64,000 bases of DNA from Anaerolineae bacterium (lineage in GTDB: Bacteria; Chloroflexota; Anaerolineae; DRVO01), in contig JAXGMM010000001.1 in NCBI GenBank assembly GCA_040768685.1, forward strand, positions 1,093,526 through 1,157,525, in the 5' to 3' direction. Below are positions 28,286 to 37,413 of the stretch, in pieces (position 1 is the stretch's first letter; each line of letters opens with the position of its first letter). Below the pieces are notes generated by a model that was not told the origin of the DNA, searched no databases, and was given only the letters and a program-made list of their open reading frames with translations. Both the position numbers and the translations under genes were made by a program.

Positions 28286-28449
28286 GGTATCCTCCAGTTG
28301 GCCTCTGCCCTATCCGATGACGTCGAACGACTGGTCTCTGGCCGACGCCGGCGAACTGAGCACGAGCAGGGGCTGCCGAAGCAGGGTCTCGCGGAGTGTA
28401 GCGGCAAGCTCCGGACGTTGCCAGCCGGCCGACGGGCGCGGCGCGATTG

Positions 28450-28478
28450 TTGCCGGGCCACGGACCCAGGACTAGACT
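28450..28478 (+). promoter_or_regulatory. Candidate promoter placed for a leaderless transcript
   Basis: TTGCCG (28450-28455), a 17-nt spacer, then TAGACT (28473-28478). The ATG at 28486 is only 7 nt downstream and there is no SD. Confidence 0.5.
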
Positions 28479-28485
28479 CGGCCCC

Positions 28486-29043
28486 ATGATTCCCACTACT
28501 TCCCGCTCCCGTGTACTTCTGCGCCCCTCAGCGGAGCGCCTGGTTGTCGTGATGCTCCTGTCGCTAGCCGTCTCTTTGAGCGCCTGTTCGGGCATCAACG
28601 TCGAGGAGTCTCCGCGGCCGGACGATCCGGTAGGCGTTACGGACAAGGGTCTCCCGGAGCGCGACCTTGCGCTCACGGACCTGAGCATATCCCCCGACCT
28701 ATCGCGCGCCATCGATCTGACGGGAGGCGCCACGTCGTTTCGGCTCCAGGCCACGGTGGAGAACCGGGGCACGGCGGACGCGGCGAACGTTCTAGTCGAG
28801 GCCTGGTTACGGGTGCCGGCCCAGAACGGCGGCATGGTGCTCATGCAGGGCGTGGAGTTGGCGCCGGAGATCGCCGCGGGCGAGACGCAGGTGATTCAGA
28901 TCACGGCCTCGGGCGTGGTGCCTATTTTGCCCTCGTATGTCCTGGAGGTCTCGGTGCGGCCCGCGTTGGAGGAGCAGTTTCTGAGCGACAACGTGGCGCA
29001 GTACGAGATCTCGGTGTCGCTTACTGATTCCCCCCTGGGATAG
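28486..29043 (+). CDS. Small lipoprotein with a CARDB-like beta-sandwich
   Basis: Signal and lipobox LLSLAVSLSACSG. The body resembles a CARDB domain (LSISPD...RLQATVENRGTADAANVLVEAWL). Confidence 0.6.
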   Translation: MIPTTSRSRVLLRPSAERLVVVMLLSLAVSLSACSGINVEESPRPDDPVGVTDKGLPERDLALTDLSISPDLSRAIDLTGGATSFRLQATVENRGTADAANVLVEAWLRVPAQNGGMVLMQGVELAPEIAAGETQVIQITASGVVPILPSYVLEVSVRPALEEQFLSDNVAQYEISVSLTDSPLG

Positions 29044-29109
29044 GGTTGCCTGCACACTCGGCGCGAGTCGTCCAGGGTGTCTGCTCTGCGGCCTCAGTAA
29101 GCCGGTGCG

Positions 29110-29138
29110 TTGCCGGTAAGTGGTGGCCCGACTATACT
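29110..29138 (+). promoter_or_regulatory. Candidate promoter for the 2-hydroxyacid dehydrogenase gene
   Basis: TTGCCG (29110-29115), a 17-nt spacer, then TATACT (29133-29138). Confidence 0.5.
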
Positions 29139-29196
29139 TAGGCGTATTGTGCGCGAAGTCGCGTTCACGTACCTGATCACACTTAGGAGTGCAGCA

Positions 29197-30180
29197 ATGA
29201 AGCCGAAGGTTTTTGTCTCGCGTCGCATCCCGGACCGCGGGCTGGATAAGGTGCTTGAGTTCTGCGACGCTGAGGTCTGGGAAGACGAGCTTCCGCCGTC
29301 GCGCGAGACCCTGATCGAGAAGACACGCGACTGCGAGGGTCTGCTGTCTCTACTCACCGACAAGATCGACGGCGAGTTCCTGGACCTGTGCCCGAAGCTG
29401 CGAGTAGTGGCCAACTACGCCGTCGGCTTCGACAACATTGACGTGGACGATTGCACCGCTCGCGGTGTCGCGGTTGGAAACACGCCCGGCGTCCTGACCG
29501 ACACCACTGCGGACTTCGCCTTCGCCCTGCTCATGTCCTCCGCGCGTCGCGTCGTTGAGGGCATGGACTTCGTCCGGGCCGGTCGCTGGAAGACGTGGGG
29601 CCCCATGCTGCTTCAGGGCCGTGACGTCTACGGCGCTACCCTCGGTCTGCTTGGTCTCGGCCGTATCGGCTCCGCCATGGCCGAGCGCGCCAAGGGCTTC
29701 CACATGCGCGTGCTCTACTACGACCCGTTCCGCCGTGAGGACCTCGAGAAGGACCTCAACCTTGAGTACGTCGACCTGGACACTCTGTTCAGCCAGTCCG
29801 ACTTCTTGAGCGTGCACGTGCCCCTGACCCCTGAGACCGACGGCATGGTCAACGCCGCCCGCTTCAAGCAGATGAAGAAGACCGCCATCCTCGTGAACAG
29901 CGCTCGCGGCCCGATCGTGAACACCAAGGACCTCTACGAGGCGCTGCGCGATGGCGAGATCGCCTACGCCGGTGTGGACGTGACCGACCCGGAGCCGATC
30001 CAGGTCGACCACCCCATTCTGAAGTTGAGCAACTTCATCGTGTGCCCGCACATCGCGAGCGCCTCGATCGAAACCCGCGGCAACATGGCCGAGATCGCCG
30101 CGAACAATCTGATCGCCGGGCTGAAGGGTGAGCCGCTGCCCTTCCCGGTGAACAAGGGCGTGATCGCCAAGCGCAAGTAG
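29197..30180 (+). CDS. D-isomer-specific 2-hydroxyacid dehydrogenase (glyoxylate/hydroxypyruvate reductase type)
   Basis: The ATG at 29197 follows AGGAG. The translation shows LGLLGLGRIGSAMA, ARGPIV and CPHIASAS. Confidence 0.85.
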   Translation: MKPKVFVSRRIPDRGLDKVLEFCDAEVWEDELPPSRETLIEKTRDCEGLLSLLTDKIDGEFLDLCPKLRVVANYAVGFDNIDVDDCTARGVAVGNTPGVLTDTTADFAFALLMSSARRVVEGMDFVRAGRWKTWGPMLLQGRDVYGATLGLLGLGRIGSAMAERAKGFHMRVLYYDPFRREDLEKDLNLEYVDLDTLFSQSDFLSVHVPLTPETDGMVNAARFKQMKKTAILVNSARGPIVNTKDLYEALRDGEIAYAGVDVTDPEPIQVDHPILKLSNFIVCPHIASASIETRGNMAEIAANNLIAGLKGEPLPFPVNKGVIAKRK

Positions 30181-30209
30181 CCCCGCCCCGTAGGGCAGAG
30201 GCCACCGCA

Positions 30210-30239
30210 AAGAGCCGGGTCCGAGATGGCCCGGCTCTT
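30210..30239. terminator. Hairpin between convergent genes
   Basis: AAGAGCCGGG / CCCGGCTCTT form a 10-bp stem. Confidence 0.5.
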
Positions 30240-30254
30240 CGCTTGTGCGGTTGG

Positions 30255-30974
30255 CTAGGACGTGGTGGCGCGCTGACGATAGTAGAGGCACAGGTCCGCA
30301 AGGACGCAACCGTCGCACAGAGGCCGACCTGCGCGGCAGGTCCTTCGACCGTGGCGGATGATGTTGATATGCAGGGGGTAGATCATCGGCACCGGCACAA
30401 GCCCGGTCAGCAGACTGTGGGCGGCATTGGCGCTGGTTCCCTTGGGGATGAGGCCCAGCCGGCCTGCCACCCGATGGATATGCGTGTCGACCGGCATGAC
30501 CGGGATGCCGCAGGCGAAGAGCAGGACACAGGCAGCCGTTTTGGGCCCGACTCCCGGCAGAGCCTGGAGCCAGGCCTGGGCCTCCTCAAGTGGTAAGGAG
30601 CAGACGAACGAGAGATCGTAGGCGCCGGAACGCTCCTTCACGCGGCGAAGGGCGTTCTGGATGCGCGGCGCCTTGATCTTGCCAAGGCCGCCCGAGCGTA
30701 TGGCCTCGGCGAGATCCCCGGCTGGGGCAGCGGCTACGGCTTCCCAGGAGCCGAAGCGCGCCCACATGCTGTCGAATGCCCGGTCCCGGTTCACATCGTT
30801 CGTGTTCTGCGACAGGATTGTGCGAATCAGCTCTTCGGTGGGATCGGTGCGAAGGCTTCCGTCCGGGAGACCGAACTGGCGTTCCAGGCGAACATGGATC
30901 TCGGTGATGAGTTCGACACCGACATCTGGCCGCTCGACGCCGGGGTCATCAGAGGAATGCTGTGCGTCAGCCAT
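30255..30974 (-). CDS. nth: Endonuclease III (HhH-GPD glycosylase with a 4Fe-4S cluster)
   Basis: HhH motif LPGVGPKTAACVL, catalytic D, and C-terminal CRAGRPLCDGCVLADLC. Confidence 0.85.
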   Translation of the reverse strand: MADAQHSSDDPGVERPDVGVELITEIHVRLERQFGLPDGSLRTDPTEELIRTILSQNTNDVNRDRAFDSMWARFGSWEAVAAAPAGDLAEAIRSGGLGKIKAPRIQNALRRVKERSGAYDLSFVCSLPLEEAQAWLQALPGVGPKTAACVLLFACGIPVMPVDTHIHRVAGRLGLIPKGTSANAAHSLLTGLVPVPMIYPLHINIIRHGRRTCRAGRPLCDGCVLADLCLYYRQRATTS

Positions 30975-31055
30975 GTGCTGGTGGAGACCTCCACGGCTCT
31001 GATAGTGGTGAGAGGAATCGGCTCTGGACGATGGGCCGGGACGTGGCCGGTTCTC

Positions 31056-31084
31056 TTGACACTGCCGGTGTGGCTCAATACAGT
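31056..31084 (+). promoter_or_regulatory. Candidate promoter for the Gfo/Idh/MocA gene
   Basis: TTGACA (31056-31061), a 17-nt spacer, then TACAGT (31079-31084). Confidence 0.5.
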
Positions 31085-31168
31085 GAATACACGCCCGTGG
31101 CCGACAGGATCGTACGGTCAGGGCGATGCGGAAGCAACTAGCTTCCTGACGTCGAGGGGAGACAGAAG

Positions 31169-32158
31169 ATGGTCAGTGTGGGCATCATCGGTTGTGGCGG
31201 TATGGGCAAGCTCCACTCGCGGTCACTCAAGGCCATCGATGGAGTGCGTATTGGGGCCGCATGCGATATCGACCCGCAGGCGCTCAAGGCGTATTCGGAC
31301 GAGTTTTCGCCGGCACGCACGTATTCCGACTTCAACGAACTGGTGAAGGACCCGGGCGTGGACGCAGTGGTCATCTGCCTGCCCACGTTTCTGCACAAGC
31401 CGGCCGTCCTCGCGGCAGCGGCAGCGGGCAAGCAGGTGTTCTGCGAGAAGCCCATCGCGCTGAGCGTAGCCGATGCCCAGGCGATGATCGATGCCTGTGC
31501 AAAGGCAGACGTGATCCTGATGTTGGGCTTCGTGCGCCGCTTTGACAACGACTGGGGCACGTTCAAGCGCCTGATCGAAGAGGGCGCCATCGGACGACCG
31601 GTGGTCTGGCGGCACTTCATGGCCAGCGGCGGTCCCCGCAACTCCTGGTTCACCGAAGCTGACAAGGGCGGCGGGCCCATCATCGACGGAGCGATTCACG
31701 ATCTCGACTTCGCCAACTGGCTGTTCGGTCCTATGGCTTGGTGCCAGGGCAGCGCTCGGCACTTCAGGACCACCTCCTGGGATACCGCTACGGTCACCAT
31801 CGGCTACGAGAGCGGCGACGAACTGGTGCTGAGCTGGTGTTGGGGTCTTCCAACCGGGGCTGCCGGCCTGCATGGGCAGGACGCGATCGGTCCCGGCGGC
31901 ACCATCCTCTTCCCCCACTCTGTCCCCGCGGATCGAGTGCCGAGCGACGTCTGCCTCGACGAAAAGGGCGTCTACCTCCTGGACACGGGAGCCGAGAAGA
32001 AGCCGGTGCTCTTCGACAAGCATGACATGTTCCTGGTGGAGATGCAGCACTTCATCGACTGCTGTGCCACCGGCAAGAAGCCCGTTGTCACCGGCGAGGA
32101 CGGGCTCAAAGCGATTCACGTCGCGTTGAGTGCGCTGCAGACAGCAAGAAAGCCCTGA
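31169..32158 (+). CDS. Gfo/Idh/MocA-family oxidoreductase
   Basis: VGIIGCGGMGKLH Rossmann motif, the EKP motif (FCEKPIA), 329 aa. Confidence 0.85.
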   Translation: MVSVGIIGCGGMGKLHSRSLKAIDGVRIGAACDIDPQALKAYSDEFSPARTYSDFNELVKDPGVDAVVICLPTFLHKPAVLAAAAAGKQVFCEKPIALSVADAQAMIDACAKADVILMLGFVRRFDNDWGTFKRLIEEGAIGRPVVWRHFMASGGPRNSWFTEADKGGGPIIDGAIHDLDFANWLFGPMAWCQGSARHFRTTSWDTATVTIGYESGDELVLSWCWGLPTGAAGLHGQDAIGPGGTILFPHSVPADRVPSDVCLDEKGVYLLDTGAEKKPVLFDKHDMFLVEMQHFIDCCATGKKPVVTGEDGLKAIHVALSALQTARKP

Positions 32159-32178
32159 TAGGGCGGAGGCAGCATTCC

Positions 32179-33417
32179 ATGCGTAGGGTGCGAGCTTCGT
32201 TGACGTTGGCAGCGCTGCTGCTGGCCGTCCTGGCCTGCATGCCTAGCTCGATGATGGTCGGGCGGCCTTCGACTCGGGCCACAATCCAGAGGGGCACACG
32301 GACGGTTCGGCCGACCACCGTCCGGCCGACAGTCGTGGTGCCGACAACGGCTCCCGTCCCTACTATGGCGCCACTGACGGGAGAGACCCTCGACTTCGTT
32401 CGCGCGCGGGACATGGCGCTGTCGAACCTCTACGCCACCTACAGCGGATCGGTGGTTCATATCATCGTGAGCACGGGGGGCCGCGGCGCATCTGCTACCG
32501 CCACCGGAACCGGGTCCGGCTGGGTGTGGGACCAGAACGGATACATCGTGACCAACAACCACGTGGTCCAAGGCAGTACGCGCCTAACGGTCATCTTCCC
32601 CGACGAGAGCCAGTATGAGGCGAAGCTGATAGGAACCGACGTCGACAGCGACCTGGCCGTGATACAGGTGGACGCCAGCCCGAACAGCCTCGTGCCGCTG
32701 CAATTGGGCGACTCGGATGAGCTGCAGGTGGGGCAGACGGCGGTCGCGATCGGCAATCCGTTCGGGTTCGCCGGGACCATGACGTCGGGCATCGTCAGCG
32801 CCCTCGGCCGCGTGACGGTGCAGGAGTCCGGGTACTCGCTGCCCAACCTCATCCAGACCGACACCTCCATCAACCCGGGGAACTCGGGTGGCCCGCTGTT
32901 CGATATAACGGGACGGGTCATCGGCGTCACGACGATGATCTACTCCACCACTGGGGAGTTCTCCGGCATTGGCATCGCCGTTCCGGTGAACACCGTGAAG
33001 CGAGTAGTCCCTCTTCTGATCAGCCAAGGGTACTACGAGCACCCCTACCTTGGGGTCCGCGGGTGGACGATTCGGCCGGAGCTTGCCGACGCGGCGTCAT
33101 TGCCGGTGGACAAGGGCGCTCTCGTCGGTGAGGTAACGCCCGGCGGACCGGCGGATGAAGCCGGCCTGCGCGGGGGTACCCGGGCGGTAGAGGTGCCTGG
33201 GTACGGCGAGGAGGGCGTGACGGTAGGGGGCGACATCATCGTCGCCATCGACGGCTACCCGGTTGACGGCATGGACGATCTAATCACGCGGCTGGAGGTG
33301 TATGCCGTCGGTGATGAAGTGGTCCTGCAGGTGATCCGAGACGATGAGTTGACCGACATCGCCGTCGTAGTTGGAGCCCGGCCCGCCCAGCGAACGCGGG
33401 ACCTGGGCGGAGGCTAG
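32179..33417 (+). CDS. HtrA/DegP-family serine protease with a PDZ domain
   Basis: Signal anchor, TNNHVV (His), DLAVI (Asp), GNSGGPL (Ser), and a C-terminal PDZ domain. Confidence 0.85.
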   Translation: MRRVRASLTLAALLLAVLACMPSSMMVGRPSTRATIQRGTRTVRPTTVRPTVVVPTTAPVPTMAPLTGETLDFVRARDMALSNLYATYSGSVVHIIVSTGGRGASATATGTGSGWVWDQNGYIVTNNHVVQGSTRLTVIFPDESQYEAKLIGTDVDSDLAVIQVDASPNSLVPLQLGDSDELQVGQTAVAIGNPFGFAGTMTSGIVSALGRVTVQESGYSLPNLIQTDTSINPGNSGGPLFDITGRVIGVTTMIYSTTGEFSGIGIAVPVNTVKRVVPLLISQGYYEHPYLGVRGWTIRPELADAASLPVDKGALVGEVTPGGPADEAGLRGGTRAVEVPGYGEEGVTVGGDIIVAIDGYPVDGMDDLITRLEVYAVGDEVVLQVIRDDELTDIAVVVGARPAQRTRDLGGG

Positions 33418-33434
33418 AAAGTGGAGGCGGCCTA

Positions 33435-33929
33435 ATGGATCTTTGGCCCGTCGTCTCGCTGGCGCGTCTGGTGGTGGTGGCCATCGCGGCGGCCCTCGGC
33501 GTGTACCTGTCCACTTGGCTGTTGCGGAGTCTGATGCGCGGAGTGGACCTCTGGCAGGAGCTCTCGCGGGGTAACATGGCGATGGCCGCGGTCCTGGCCG
33601 GAGTCATCCTGGCTGTGGCCGCCGTGATGCACCCGGTGGTCTCGGTGCCTCTGGAGGGCTATGACCTGGGACCGGGATCGGCCGCCACCGCCTTGCTCAT
33701 CGAAGGGGCCCGGCTGGTGTTCGGGGCTGCCATAGGTGGGCTGGCGGTGGTGCTCGCTGCCGGGTTGTACAACCTGCTCACCGGATCGCTTGATGAGCAG
33801 GCTGAGCTCCGCGCCGGCAATGTTGCTGTCGGCGTAGTGGAAGCGGCCGTGATGGTGGGCGTGGCCCTGTTGCTGAGCGCGCCGGCCACGGCGCTGGTGC
33901 GCGCCTTGCTCGGTGCGGTGTTGGGTTGA
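33435..33929 (+). CDS. DUF350-type membrane protein (two repeats)
   Basis: Four TM segments with GNMAMA / GNVAVG repeat motifs. Confidence 0.62.
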   Translation: MDLWPVVSLARLVVVAIAAALGVYLSTWLLRSLMRGVDLWQELSRGNMAMAAVLAGVILAVAAVMHPVVSVPLEGYDLGPGSAATALLIEGARLVFGAAIGGLAVVLAAGLYNLLTGSLDEQAELRAGNVAVGVVEAAVMVGVALLLSAPATALVRALLGAVLG

Positions 33930-33948
33930 CGACTCCGGAGGTACGGTG

Positions 33949-35328
33949 ATGCCTGATTCGGGTCCGGTCGCCGTGCTCGTGACCGGTGGACCAGGGCGAC
34001 GCATGTGGCCCTTCAGCAGCGTCCGCCCCAAAGCCGCGCTGCCCGTCGGCAACCGCCCGCTGGTCCAGGTGATGGCTGGGAGACTCGCCCAGGCCGGCTT
34101 CGGCCGGGTCCTGGTGGTGGTGGACGACAACGGCGGGCCGGTGCGAGCGGCGCTTCTGGGCGAGGTTGGGGTGGAGATCGTCGCCGCCTCAGCCTCCGGT
34201 TCCGCCGGCGCGCTGCTGGCAGCGTGGCCGCACCTGGCCGGCGCTCCCGCGGTGGTACTGCCGGGCGACGCGCTTGTCTCTCGCGAGGACCTGGCCGCCA
34301 TGCGGTCCGTGGCGGCGCTGGGTGCGGTTGAGGGCGCGGTGCTGGCCGCACCCATGGGCGCTGAGGATCCGAACCGGGTGATAGGCATCGAGCGCCGAGG
34401 TGAGGAGCTTGCCGAGGTGGTGGGCCACCCGCGGGAGGGCGCGTGGCGTTGGACGGGCGTCTGCGCCTTCCAGCCGTCCTTCCGACCGTTCCTGGAGGCA
34501 AACCCGGGCCTGCTCGAGAACGTACCGGTCGGCGGCATGCCGGCTCCGGAGGGCGACATCAGCGCCTCCGTATCCCTGGCGCTGGAGAAGGGAGTCCCCC
34601 TGCAAGTGGTTGACTCCAACGGCGGGTTTGTCGACCTGGACAAGCCCTGGCACATCCTGGAAGCGAATCACGTCTATGCCCAAGACTGGTTCGGCGGGGC
34701 CGAGGCAGGGAGTATCGCCGCCGATGCTACGGTGTCGGACAAGGCCGACATCGAGGGCCGCCTAACCGTGGCCAATGGCGCCACCGTCGGCCCTAGGGTG
34801 CGGATACGCGGAGATGTGTATGTGGGCCCGGGGGCGGTGGTGGACAACGGCGCCATCCTGCACGGACCGGTGATGGTGGGCGCCAATACGCGAGTCAGCG
34901 ACTACTGCCAGGTCGACCACGCGGTGGTGGGAGCCAGATGCGTGGTGGGCCACGGTGCCGAGTTCACCGGCGTGCTGTTCGCGGGCACGTATCTGTACCA
35001 CTACTGCGAGATCTACGGTGTCCTTGGGGCGGCAGTGGATATCGGTGCGGCCACCGTATGCGGCACCTTGCGCTTCGACGATGCAGATCGCGCCCACCGG
35101 GTGCAGGGCGCCTGGGAGCGGCCGGCAACGGGTGCGAACGCCTCCTACCTGGGCGACTACTCTCGCACCGGTGTGAACGTCATACTCATGCCCGGCGTCA
35201 AGGTAGGAGCGTACTCCTGCATCGGGCCGGGCGTGGTCCTCTATGACGATGTGCCCGACCGCAGCCTGGTCATGGTCAAGCAGGAGTTGGAGCGGCGCTC
35301 CTGGGGCCCGGAGAAGTACGGCTGGTGA
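33949..35328 (+). CDS. Sugar-1-phosphate nucleotidyltransferase fused to a left-handed beta-helix (GlmU/GCD1-like architecture)
   Basis: The ATG follows GGAGG. The N-terminus carries LVTGGPGRRMWPFSSVRPKAALPVGNRPL and the C-terminal third has hexapeptide repeats. Confidence 0.75.
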   Translation: MPDSGPVAVLVTGGPGRRMWPFSSVRPKAALPVGNRPLVQVMAGRLAQAGFGRVLVVVDDNGGPVRAALLGEVGVEIVAASASGSAGALLAAWPHLAGAPAVVLPGDALVSREDLAAMRSVAALGAVEGAVLAAPMGAEDPNRVIGIERRGEELAEVVGHPREGAWRWTGVCAFQPSFRPFLEANPGLLENVPVGGMPAPEGDISASVSLALEKGVPLQVVDSNGGFVDLDKPWHILEANHVYAQDWFGGAEAGSIAADATVSDKADIEGRLTVANGATVGPRVRIRGDVYVGPGAVVDNGAILHGPVMVGANTRVSDYCQVDHAVVGARCVVGHGAEFTGVLFAGTYLYHYCEIYGVLGAAVDIGAATVCGTLRFDDADRAHRVQGAWERPATGANASYLGDYSRTGVNVILMPGVKVGAYSCIGPGVVLYDDVPDRSLVMVKQELERRSWGPEKYGW

Positions 35329-35364
35329 CAGAGCAGGTGACGATGCAGCAACTTGGGAGGGACG

Positions 35365-36204
35365 ATGATTCCTTGTCTTAACAACGCAACAACCGGCGCC
35401 GCCAGCTTCGAAGGGTTCCTCCAGGCGGCTCAGGTGGCCGGCTTCGGCGCCGTGGAAGTGGGCCTGGGTCAGATGCAGGAGTACGCTGCGGCGCACTCGG
35501 TCCCCGCTCTGCGGCAGGCGCTGGAATCCCGCGGGCTGGTGGCTGGATCAGGCGGCATCCCGGTCAACTGGCAGGGGGCTGAGGAGCAGTTCCGCACCGA
35601 TCTGGCTGCCCTACCGGCTCGGCTCGACCTCTGCCGTGAAGTGGGACTGACGCGGCTGTGCACCTGGGTCCCGCCGCGCTGGAACACTCCGTATGCGGAT
35701 ACGGCTGCTTTCTGCCGCGAAAGGCTGGGCACGATCGCCGACACTCTCGCCCGTTGGGACATGCGCTTCGGCCTCGAGTTCGTCGGACCTCAGGGCAACT
35801 TCCTAGATCGGCGTTACAAGTTCATCAGCAGCCTGCCAGAGATGATGCACTTCATTGACAAACTCGGGCTGGACAATGTGGGAATGCTGGTCGATGCGTA
35901 TCACCTCTATGTCGGCGAGTCAGGTCCGGCGGACCTGGCGGCAGTGCCGGCTGATCGCATCATTCAGTTCCATATCAACGACGCCTATCCGGGCGTACCC
36001 CGGCCGGAGCTCCAGGACCTGAAGCGGCTCTTGCCCGGTGAGGGCGCCATACCCCTGGTGCCCATGCTCCGCGCCCTCCGGAGCACCGGCTACGACTGGA
36101 CCGTGTCGATAGAGACCTTCAGCGACGAGGTGAAGGCGATGGGGCCCGTGGCGGCGGCCAAGAGGGCCAAGCTGGCTCTCGACGGCCTGCTCAACGCTCT
36201 CTAG
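35365..36204 (+). CDS. Xylose-isomerase-like TIM-barrel protein (sugar phosphate isomerase/epimerase)
   Basis: Family pattern GFGAVEV ... LEFVGP ... VDAYHLY ... FHINDA ... SIETF. Confidence 0.72.
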   Translation: MIPCLNNATTGAASFEGFLQAAQVAGFGAVEVGLGQMQEYAAAHSVPALRQALESRGLVAGSGGIPVNWQGAEEQFRTDLAALPARLDLCREVGLTRLCTWVPPRWNTPYADTAAFCRERLGTIADTLARWDMRFGLEFVGPQGNFLDRRYKFISSLPEMMHFIDKLGLDNVGMLVDAYHLYVGESGPADLAAVPADRIIQFHINDAYPGVPRPELQDLKRLLPGEGAIPLVPMLRALRSTGYDWTVSIETFSDEVKAMGPVAAAKRAKLALDGLLNAL

Positions 36205-36231
36205 GACCGGCGCACACTGGGCGAGAGCGAA

Positions 36232-37413
36232 GTGCCTGCACCATACCGTTGCCTGATCCTGGTTCTCGACAGCGTCGGCGTGGGCGCGTTGCCCGACGCA
36301 GCGGAGTATGGCGACGAGTGTTCGGATACCCTGGGCAGCCTGGCTCGCGAGATGGGTGGGCTGGCCCTGCCCAACTTGGGTGGACTGGGCTTGGGCTGCC
36401 TGCACACCATCGACGGGGTGCCTTGCCCTCCTGACCCACAGGGGTGCTACGGCAAGATGGCGGAGGTCAGCGCCGGCAAGGACTCCATCGTGGGTCACTG
36501 GGAGATCGCCGGACTGGTCACTGAGCGGCCCTTTCCCGTATACCCCGATGGATTCCCGGCGGACCTGATCGCGAGCCTGGAAGCGGCGATCGGGCGGCGA
36601 GTGCTCGGCAACGTGGTCGCTTCGGGCACGGAGATCATCGCCCGTCTGGGCGAGGAGCACGTGGCCTCGGGTAGGCCTATCATCTACACGAGTGCGGACA
36701 GCGTCCTTCAGATCGCCGCCCATGAGGAAGTCATATCGGTCCAGGACCTCTACGGCATCTGCCGAGCCGCCCGCGCCCTGTTTGTGGGCGAGCACGGTGT
36801 CGCCCGGGTCATCGCGCGGCCCTTTGTCGGTGAGCCAGGCGGCTTCACTCGGACGGCGGCCAGGAAGGACTTCGGCCTCGAACCTACGGGGGAGACGCTC
36901 CTGGATGCGGCGTACCGCGCCGGACTGCCGACCGTGGCCGTGGGCAAGGTCGGCGACCTGTTCGCGCATCGGTCCATCACGACGGAACTGAAGACCAAGA
37001 GCAACGCTCACGGGATGCAGCAGTTCCTGAGCGCAGTTCGGGCGGGCGAGGAGACTGGGCTGGTGTTCGGGAACCTCGTCGACTTCGACACCCTTTTCGG
37101 GCACCGCAATGACGTCAGGGGCTTTGCCGAGGCGTTGCACGAGTTCGACCGGTTTCTCCCGTCGCTTCTGGCGGCCATGCGACCCAGAGACGCGCTGTTC
37201 ATCACCGCCGACCATGGCTGTGACCCGACCACAAGCAGCACCGACCATTCCCGCGAGTACGTGCCGCTCGTCTGTTACGGCGTGGGCCTGGCCAAGGGCG
37301 TCGATCTAGGCGTTCGCGGCACCTTCGCCGACGTGGCGGCCACGGCCGGCGAGCTGATGGGGCTGTCCTTCCGCGGCGCCGGCGCCAGCTTCGCGGCTCA
37401 GATCCTGCCGTGA
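36232..37413 (+). CDS. deoB: Phosphopentomutase
   Basis: LILVLDSVGVGALPDA, IVGHWE, YTSADSVLQIAAHE and TADHGCDPT motifs. Confidence 0.9.
   Translation: MPAPYRCLILVLDSVGVGALPDAAEYGDECSDTLGSLAREMGGLALPNLGGLGLGCLHTIDGVPCPPDPQGCYGKMAEVSAGKDSIVGHWEIAGLVTERPFPVYPDGFPADLIASLEAAIGRRVLGNVVASGTEIIARLGEEHVASGRPIIYTSADSVLQIAAHEEVISVQDLYGICRAARALFVGEHGVARVIARPFVGEPGGFTRTAARKDFGLEPTGETLLDAAYRAGLPTVAVGKVGDLFAHRSITTELKTKSNAHGMQQFLSAVRAGEETGLVFGNLVDFDTLFGHRNDVRGFAEALHEFDRFLPSLLAAMRPRDALFITADHGCDPTTSSTDHSREYVPLVCYGVGLAKGVDLGVRGTFADVAATAGELMGLSFRGAGASFAAQILP

Noticed and set aside
33432-34655. Long antisense ORFs (for example 33432-34655, 35920-37248, 20292-21491, 23604-24746, 38132-39232 and 62580-63773 on the minus strand; 7251-8285, 17713-18678, 47392-48453 and 59598-60554 on the plus strand)
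   Set aside because: Each lies opposite a gene with clear family motifs. Their translations are Arg/Pro/Gly/Ala-rich low-complexity with no recognisable domains. This is typical of stop-poor shadow frames in GC-rich DNA.
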